Source: Staphylococcus phage Madawaska. From it: a DNA stretch of 24,000 nucleotides. The stretch lies in sequence record MW349129.1. One strand, given 5' to 3'. Position 1 is the first letter of the stretch. Each line of letters starts with the position of its first letter. Position numbers and translations under genes: made by a program. The notes under the pieces are model-generated. The model saw nothing but the letters and a program-made list of their open reading frames with translations, did no database searches and had not been told where the DNA came from. Shown piece by piece: positions 20,201 through 24,000 of the stretch.

Positions 20201-20765
20201 GGTTATGGTTGAAGAAATTAAAAAATCTGGTGTAATTCTTATGAAGTTAAATGAAGATGATAAAGTTATCAATGTTCATAACGTACATTCTAAGAAACCA
20301 TTTAATTTAATAGCTATATCTGAAAAAGGAAATGCTATTAGATTCTCAAGTGAATTAATTCCAGTTCAGAATAGAAATACAATTGGTTCTTCTATATTCA
20401 GTAATACAACTATTAATAAAGGAAATAAAGTTGCTTCAACTGTAGTTGACTCTGGACAAGAGAAAATGCTAATAGTTACTCATAAAGGTTTAGCTAAACA
20501 AATAATGACTGAAGACATTCCAGTTAAATCTAGAATGATTAAAGGTGTTATTGCTGCTAAATTTAAAGATGATAAAGATTCTGTAATGTATATTAGTATG
20601 ATAGATGATGAAGAAGATAATCTATTATTAGTTACTGAAAACAAAACTATTAATGTACCTTTAAAAGAAATCAATACGTATAAAAGAACGACTTATGGTA
20701 ATCCAGTAATGAAACTTAATGATAACGAATTCTGTATAGATTCATCTGTCATTAAACATAATTAA
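17211..20765 (+). CDS. gyrA: DNA gyrase/topoisomerase subunit A-like precursor containing an intein (1184 aa; about 810 aa after splicing)
   Basis: IPDIRDGLKPIQRKILY, GHGAFGSITGASAAASRY + TEMR (active-site region), LPYVLVNGSFGIGGGG, and a C-terminal GyrA-box-like QKRNGKG (19905-19925). Confidence 0.93.
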   Translation: MAEVFNKDLKEIVHDNMMIYFNEINTNRQIPDIRDGLKPIQRKILYIMYKNGYRSDKKFAKSARIAGDTTILHPHSNDGIYDSAVNMVTPFSMNQPLIEGHGAFGSITGASAAASRYCLTGEHIVDMSNGELVRIKDIVPHSELNSDNKIDKTVMDFRRKPVKAIKFFNSGKHNVMELNTNAGKTIKATPNHPLLTVIKHPTKGLDFKWKTMDEIKEGDYLINRTMVKNDLKDFRSKNLNENEKESFKKWGEILSNKYFNRTLDPEYGVLMRSIETEKSLPNKVLEACLGYKREFLLELFKQDGFIVDNIGLVIESHSKRFLQEISTLLSQFGIYSVISLFSDSNYRLQIQDIHSLKNLSKHLIKDDDLFKDKIDEIIDMYRNLESNNHYQVIPYLDEVLDERKMTSYLYPELFNTRKNFLNNFNLLEEEYGIEIEEKDHLMLFISKYLDNNTYFEQVESIEELEEEEVVYSIKVDTDDHSFMSEGFIHHNTEMRLNKFSERNLLDNINDNAVNMIKNFDGSMLEPLVLPSKLPYVLVNGSFGIGGGGHRSDLPPHSTEDVINITIDRIKNPNKKLKTLIKDNKFKPQFPYGGEAFCDDLEKCYRTGKGSMLLRSVVEKDESKMTLTIKEIPYNVTLTRIKEAIREAHKEEQLDGLKNISDGTQNGDVRLILQYTKSSDLDLALNQLYKVKTITSRVNFDVKLVDNNKLVETNLLGIIDRWIEFRQSTVKRFKSFKIKDLRSRIHIIEGLLVVLDSKNIDELIKVVKSGKGKDDIIDVVSKKFGISHAQASYVAEMKLYTINNLEINKLFDEKKEKEKIVNEEMVYMKDVSKLNDLIINEMKDIKKDKNTLKPSRLTKYSDIDFKNDNKELLVKDEDFMCIITRQNKIKKVKDEISKPQKRNGKGISIGKLSDGDIPLNIFNANSKDNLFLITDTGKIFYDKIYEFPEIKSLNNFGKDISRFVKNEKIIKAFTLTDEEFKDPDTAFVVTTALNKTKMVMVEEIKKSGVILMKLNEDDKVINVHNVHSKKPFNLIAISEKGNAIRFSSELIPVQNRNTIGSSIFSNTTINKGNKVASTVVDSGQEKMLIVTHKGLAKQIMTEDIPVKSRMIKGVIAAKFKDDKDSVMYISMIDDEEDNLLLVTENKTINVPLKEINTYKRTTYGNPVMKLNDNEFCIDSSVIKHN
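17562..18683 (+). mobile_element. Intein (374 aa), GyrA-type insertion directly after the catalytic Tyr, with a degenerate LAGLIDADG-like central region
   Basis: Starts CLTGEHIVDMSNGELVRIKDIVP...SDNKID (Cys1, block A), TPNHPLLT (block B), ends VVYSIKVDTDDHSFMSEGFIHHN followed by Thr (blocks F/G). REFLLELFKQDGFI...RFLQEISTLLSQFGIYSVI...YRLQI resembles a DOD endonuclease domain. Confidence 0.95.
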
Positions 20766-20773
20766 ATGAGAGG

Positions 20774-20962
20774 ATGTATTATATGGAACCATGTAAATAT
20801 ATTATAAAAATAAGTAATGATTCATATTTTTGTTATAGTCATGATGAGCCTTCAGAAACAAAAGATAAAAAGAGAGCAACTAGATTTAATGAATTTGAAT
20901 TGGCTCAAGAAGAAGTAACATTAATGGGAATTGGAGAAATTAAAGCAGTTCCTTATAATTAA
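20774..20962 (+). CDS. Hypothetical protein, 62 aa
   Basis: ORF with GAGAGGATG upstream. Confidence 0.65.
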   Translation: MYYMEPCKYIIKISNDSYFCYSHDEPSETKDKKRATRFNEFELAQEEVTLMGIGEIKAVPYN

Positions 20963-20971
20963 AAATTAATC

Positions 20972-21018
20972 GGGAGATGGCATTAGTTTGTCATCTCCCT
21001 CATATTATTAATTTTTTG
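20972..21018 (+). terminator. Rho-independent terminator
   Basis: GGGAGATGGCA / TTAGTT / TGTCATCTCCC (one G.U), then a T-rich stretch including TTTTTT. Confidence 0.8.
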
Positions 21019-21061
21019 GTAAATTCTATTGAAACAACCAAATATTGTTAAATAAAAAGAA

Positions 21062-22742
21062 TTGGATGTGAAACTATTGGAAAAGAAATATGTTAGATGT
21101 AATTCATGTAGTTCAGTACAAGAATATAGTGAAGATATTACATCTTGTTCGGAATGTAGTTCTGAAAATATTTCAGTTATTAAATCTCCTATTGATTTAG
21201 TTAATGAAGCTGAAATATTAGTTACAGAATCTGAAATGGATTTCTTATTAGATTATAATGATTCTCAAGAATACGACAAAAAAGGCAAATCTTGTTGGTT
21301 TGATATATACTTAATTAAATATCCTAGAGATAATACTCAAATTAAACATATTGTATTGCAGAATCAAAAAGGAAGAGAAGAAGATTTATTAATTGATTAT
21401 GCTGGAGACTATAAAGGTGGTAATCCTATTGTAATAAATGATACAGGAAGCATTAAGACTGTATTAAATGATGTTGATAATTTATCTGAAGTTGTTAAAG
21501 TTAGATTTTTAAGTAAAGAATCAACTAAGAGAAAAGGTAAAGAAGATTTTGGTTTAAATTCAGAAGAATACGTATCATTTAATAAAGATAAATATAATTT
21601 TTATAATGATGCTAAATTAAGAACTTTAGTTAAAGTACTAGAATCAATGGGTAACACATTATTCTTAGATAGTAAAAATGATATTGTATGGAATAAAATA
21701 TTCACTGAACATAATGTGCTTAATTCGCCTTTATTTAATTATCAAGAAGTAATGAATTACGATGAGACTAATCTTTATAAAGAATATGGAGATTATGAAT
21801 TTGAAGAAAGACTAGAAGACGTTATATACGAATATCAATTAGAAAATGAAATTGGAGTATTTAATTTCTTATATAATAAAAATAAAGATAATAAACCTAA
21901 ATTCACTGAAGATAGAGAAGAAGTATATGCTACAGTAACTCCATCTATGTTGTTATCTGATGATTTTAAATTGTCAGAAGATCACGGTAGAATTAATCCG
22001 AATGTATTGTCTTTATTATACTTTAAAATATTAGAAAAGAAATTAGGTATTAGATCAATTGAATTAGTAACTTATGTAAATTCTAATAGAGATGATATAA
22101 TTCTATTCCCTGTTTCTTATAATGGACAAGGATATGTATTAGCTGATTTTAAATTAGACAGTCCTATAGTTTTTAAAAGCATGGATGATGTTAATAAATA
22201 TTGTGCATATCAATTTGGATATGATCAAGAAAATGAAAATGAGGAAAATGAAAATACATTTAAATTCTCAGTTAAAGAAGTACCTGCTGAATTTAATTTC
22301 CAAAAAGCTATTTCAAGTAATATGGAAATAATTGAAAGATTCTTTATGAAGTTCAATGAGAATACTTTAAATGAAACTGTATTAGAACCAGAATCAGTTT
22401 TAAATGAGGCTGCTGGAGATAATAAAAAGAAACGTCAAGAAATACAAAATAAAATATTGGATGTTATTTCTTCATTAGACAAAGATCAATCTAATATGAA
22501 TAAATATAAGGTATTTTTTGATGAAATGAACGATGAGGAATTCATGAGATATATTAAGCGATTTGTTAATAGTAATGAAAACTTCTACATTGAAGTATTA
22601 CCTAATAAATCTGAAGCTGGATTTAAAGAAGTTGAAGAAGCTTTAAACAAACTTGATGTACCTATGAATGAATTTGTTTATTATAAACATGATGGAAATA
22701 AGGATGATCCTTTAAGAACTAGATATAAAGTTCCAGTTGGAT
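21062..22742 (+). CDS. Exon 1 of a three-exon gene; N-terminal Zn-ribbon-like motif, C-terminus of the spliced protein resembles RNA polymerase beta
   Basis: CNSCSS...CSECSS at the N-terminus; frame hits TAG just 2 nt past the predicted 5' splice site (U22742). Confidence 0.8.
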
Positions 22743-22888
22743 AGTTTTTGTTCAACTAAAATCATATTAATTGCTGGGAAAGATTATTATCTTAATCAGC
22801 ATCATTAAAATTAATGTTCAACGACTAAATATATGGCTAAGAAGATATAGTCTGATCTATATGAAATTCATATAGACTAACATAAATG
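22743..22888 (+). other. Group I intron 1 (146 nt, no ORF)
   Basis: TTAATTGCTGGGAA / AATCAGCA / GTTCAACGACTAAA / AAGATATAGTC (P, Q, R, S). P1 exon AGUUGGAU with IGS GUUCAACU (8 bp, terminal U.G). P9 UCUAUAUGA/UCAUAUAGA. Ends AAAUG (omega-G 22888). Confidence 0.92.
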
Positions 22889-22923
22889 ATTTACACGTCA
22901 AGAGATTACAACAATTATTGAGT
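22889..22923 (+). CDS. 35-nt microexon (exon 2) encoding most of YLHVKRLQQLLS
   Basis: T + AT|TTA CAC GTC AAG AGA TTA CAA CAA TTA TTG AGT gives VPVG-YLHVKRLQQLLS-KKNAYSLDAS; phases match on both sides. Confidence 0.85.
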
Positions 22924-23069
22924 TTCTTTAGCTCAATTAAAATCATATTAATTGCTGGAAAAGATTATTATCTTAATCAGCATCACTAATTATAGTGTTC
23001 AACGACTAAATATATGGCTAAGAAGATATAGTCTAATCTGTATTAAATTAATACAGAATAATAAAAATG
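22924..23069 (+). other. Group I intron 2 (146 nt, no ORF), near-identical core to intron 1
   Basis: ATTGCTGGAAAAG / AATCAGCA / GTTCAACGACTAAA / AAGATATAGTC. P1 exon AUUGAGU with IGS GCUCAAU (7 bp, terminal U.G). P6 CACTA/TAGTG, P9 CUGUAUUA/UAAUACAG. Omega-G 23069. Confidence 0.92.
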
Positions 23070-23423
23070 AAAAAGAATGCATATAGTCTAGACGCTTCTA
23101 CAAGATCAATGAAAACTGGTCAATTAACTTCATCTGACAAAGTGGCAAGCGTATCAAATATGGAAGCTTCAGCATTAAAAGCTATTGGAGCTCAAGATAT
23201 CTTAAGAGAATTGATGGGTCCACGTTCAGACTCTATGAATGCTAAGCAAGAATTAAATAAAAATATTTCTATGTATGGATATTCTCGATTAGAAGATTTA
23301 CCAGATGATCTTTCTGATAAAACTACATTAAATACTACTTTCTATTATTTACTAGGTGCTGGTATAGAATCCGATTTACTTAAAGATACTAGACCTGACT
23401 ACGATCAAGAAGAAGAAGAATAA
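23070..23423 (+). CDS. Exon 3; C-terminal RNAP-beta-like segment
   Basis: AAA AAG AAT GCA TAT ... = KKNAYSLDASTRS...NMEASALKAIGAQDILRELMGPRSDS, resembling the RpoB C-terminal GEMEvWALeAyGA..LqElLtvKSDD region. Total coding length 2070 nt (689 aa). Confidence 0.8.
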   Translation, partial: KKNAYSLDASTRSMKTGQLTSSDKVASVSNMEASALKAIGAQDILRELMGPRSDSMNAKQELNKNISMYGYSRLEDLPDDLSDKTTLNTTFYYLLGAGIESDLLKDTRPDYDQEEEE

Positions 23424-23431
23424 AACTAAAC

Positions 23432-23465
23432 AGAGGTAACGTTCATTAAATTGAGCGTTACCTCT
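23432..23465 (+). terminator. Terminator-like hairpin
   Basis: AGAGGTAACGTTC / ATTAAATT / GAGCGTTACCTCT, 13-bp stem (one U.G); weak T tract. Confidence 0.65.
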
Positions 23466-23501
23466 AATATATTGCAAAAGCGTAACATACATATTTTTAA
23501 T

Positions 23502-23544
23502 TATATATTATAATAATGAAGAAAGAGATTATCATAAACTCTTT
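23502..23544 (+). promoter_or_regulatory. Candidate phage promoter motif TATATATTATAATAATG plus hairpin
   Basis: 17-mer identical to 3783-3799; followed by AAAGAG...CTCTTT (23522-23544). Confidence 0.5.
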
Positions 23545-23576
23545 AAATAAAATAAAACAAATAGGGGACGATAAAT

Positions 23577-23888
23577 ATGCGTAAAGAAAAATTAGAAAGA
23601 TTATATAATGAATACGGTTTTGAAATGATGATAGAAAGAAATAAAAATGTTATCAACGACAGTGTTTTATTAGAAAAAGTAAAAAATGATAATGAAGAAA
23701 CTATGTCTATAGTTGATACTTATGAAAAAAATATTAGTTTATCTACTATTCATGAAATTTTAGAATGCTATAAAATTGTAAGAGCATATCCTGGATTATC
23801 ACTTAAAGAAATTTTAGTATGTTCTTATTATGAAGCAAAAAATGAAACTGTTAGTAAAGAATTAGCACCTATTATTGATAGTTTATAA
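23577..23888 (+). CDS. Hypothetical protein, 103 aa
   Basis: ORF with AGGGGACG upstream. Confidence 0.75.
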   Translation: MRKEKLERLYNEYGFEMMIERNKNVINDSVLLEKVKNDNEETMSIVDTYEKNISLSTIHEILECYKIVRAYPGLSLKEILVCSYYEAKNETVSKELAPIIDSL

Positions 23889-23891
23889 ATG

Positions 23892-23941
23892 TCATAGATA
23901 TTAGTCTTAATGACTAATATCTATGATCCTTTATTTTTTTT
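23892..23941 (+). terminator. Rho-independent terminator
   Basis: TCATAGATATTAGTC / TTAAT / GACTAATATCTATGA, then CCTTTATTTTTTTTAA. Confidence 0.9.
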
Positions 23942-24000
23942 AATACACTTAAGTTAATCTATACAAGGGTTATGAAATTGAGTAGAACATATAAGTATTC

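Noticed and set aside
23067-23423. Separate 118-aa gene starting at ATG 23067
   Set aside because: The ATG spans the predicted intron 2 3' end (omega-G 23069), has no good RBS, and the frame is completed by exons 1 and 2.

Overview
AT-rich, almost entirely + strand, densely packed window that looks like part of a large phage genome. The host is probably a Staphylococcus-like Firmicute, but that is inference. Main content: (1) the 3' part of a retron-type reverse transcriptase, truncated at the left window edge, coupled to an unknown ORF; (2) a phage gyrase/type IIA topoisomerase pair. The gyrB-like gene is interrupted by a 155-nt group I intron inside the Toprim DxD motif. The gyrA-like gene carries a 374-aa intein immediately after the catalytic tyrosine; (3) a gene broken by two 146-nt group I introns separated by a 35-nt microexon. 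Splicing in silico restores a 689-aa protein whose C-terminus resembles the RNA polymerase beta C-terminal region; (4) a three-module NUMOD4/HNH-like protein that appears to have lost its HNH histidines; (5) a free-standing NUMOD4/HNH-like protein, a staphylococcal-nuclease-family protein, a metallo-beta-lactamase-fold protein, a lipoprotein and small membrane proteins; (6) a near-identical 17-nt motif (TATATATTATAAnAATG) directly followed by a hairpin at four intergenic sites, a candidate phage promoter/5' leader module. The strongest discovery candidates are the very compact, ORF-less group I intron family with its microexon, and the retron-like RT unit. All calls are from reading the sequence; no database search or folding program was run.
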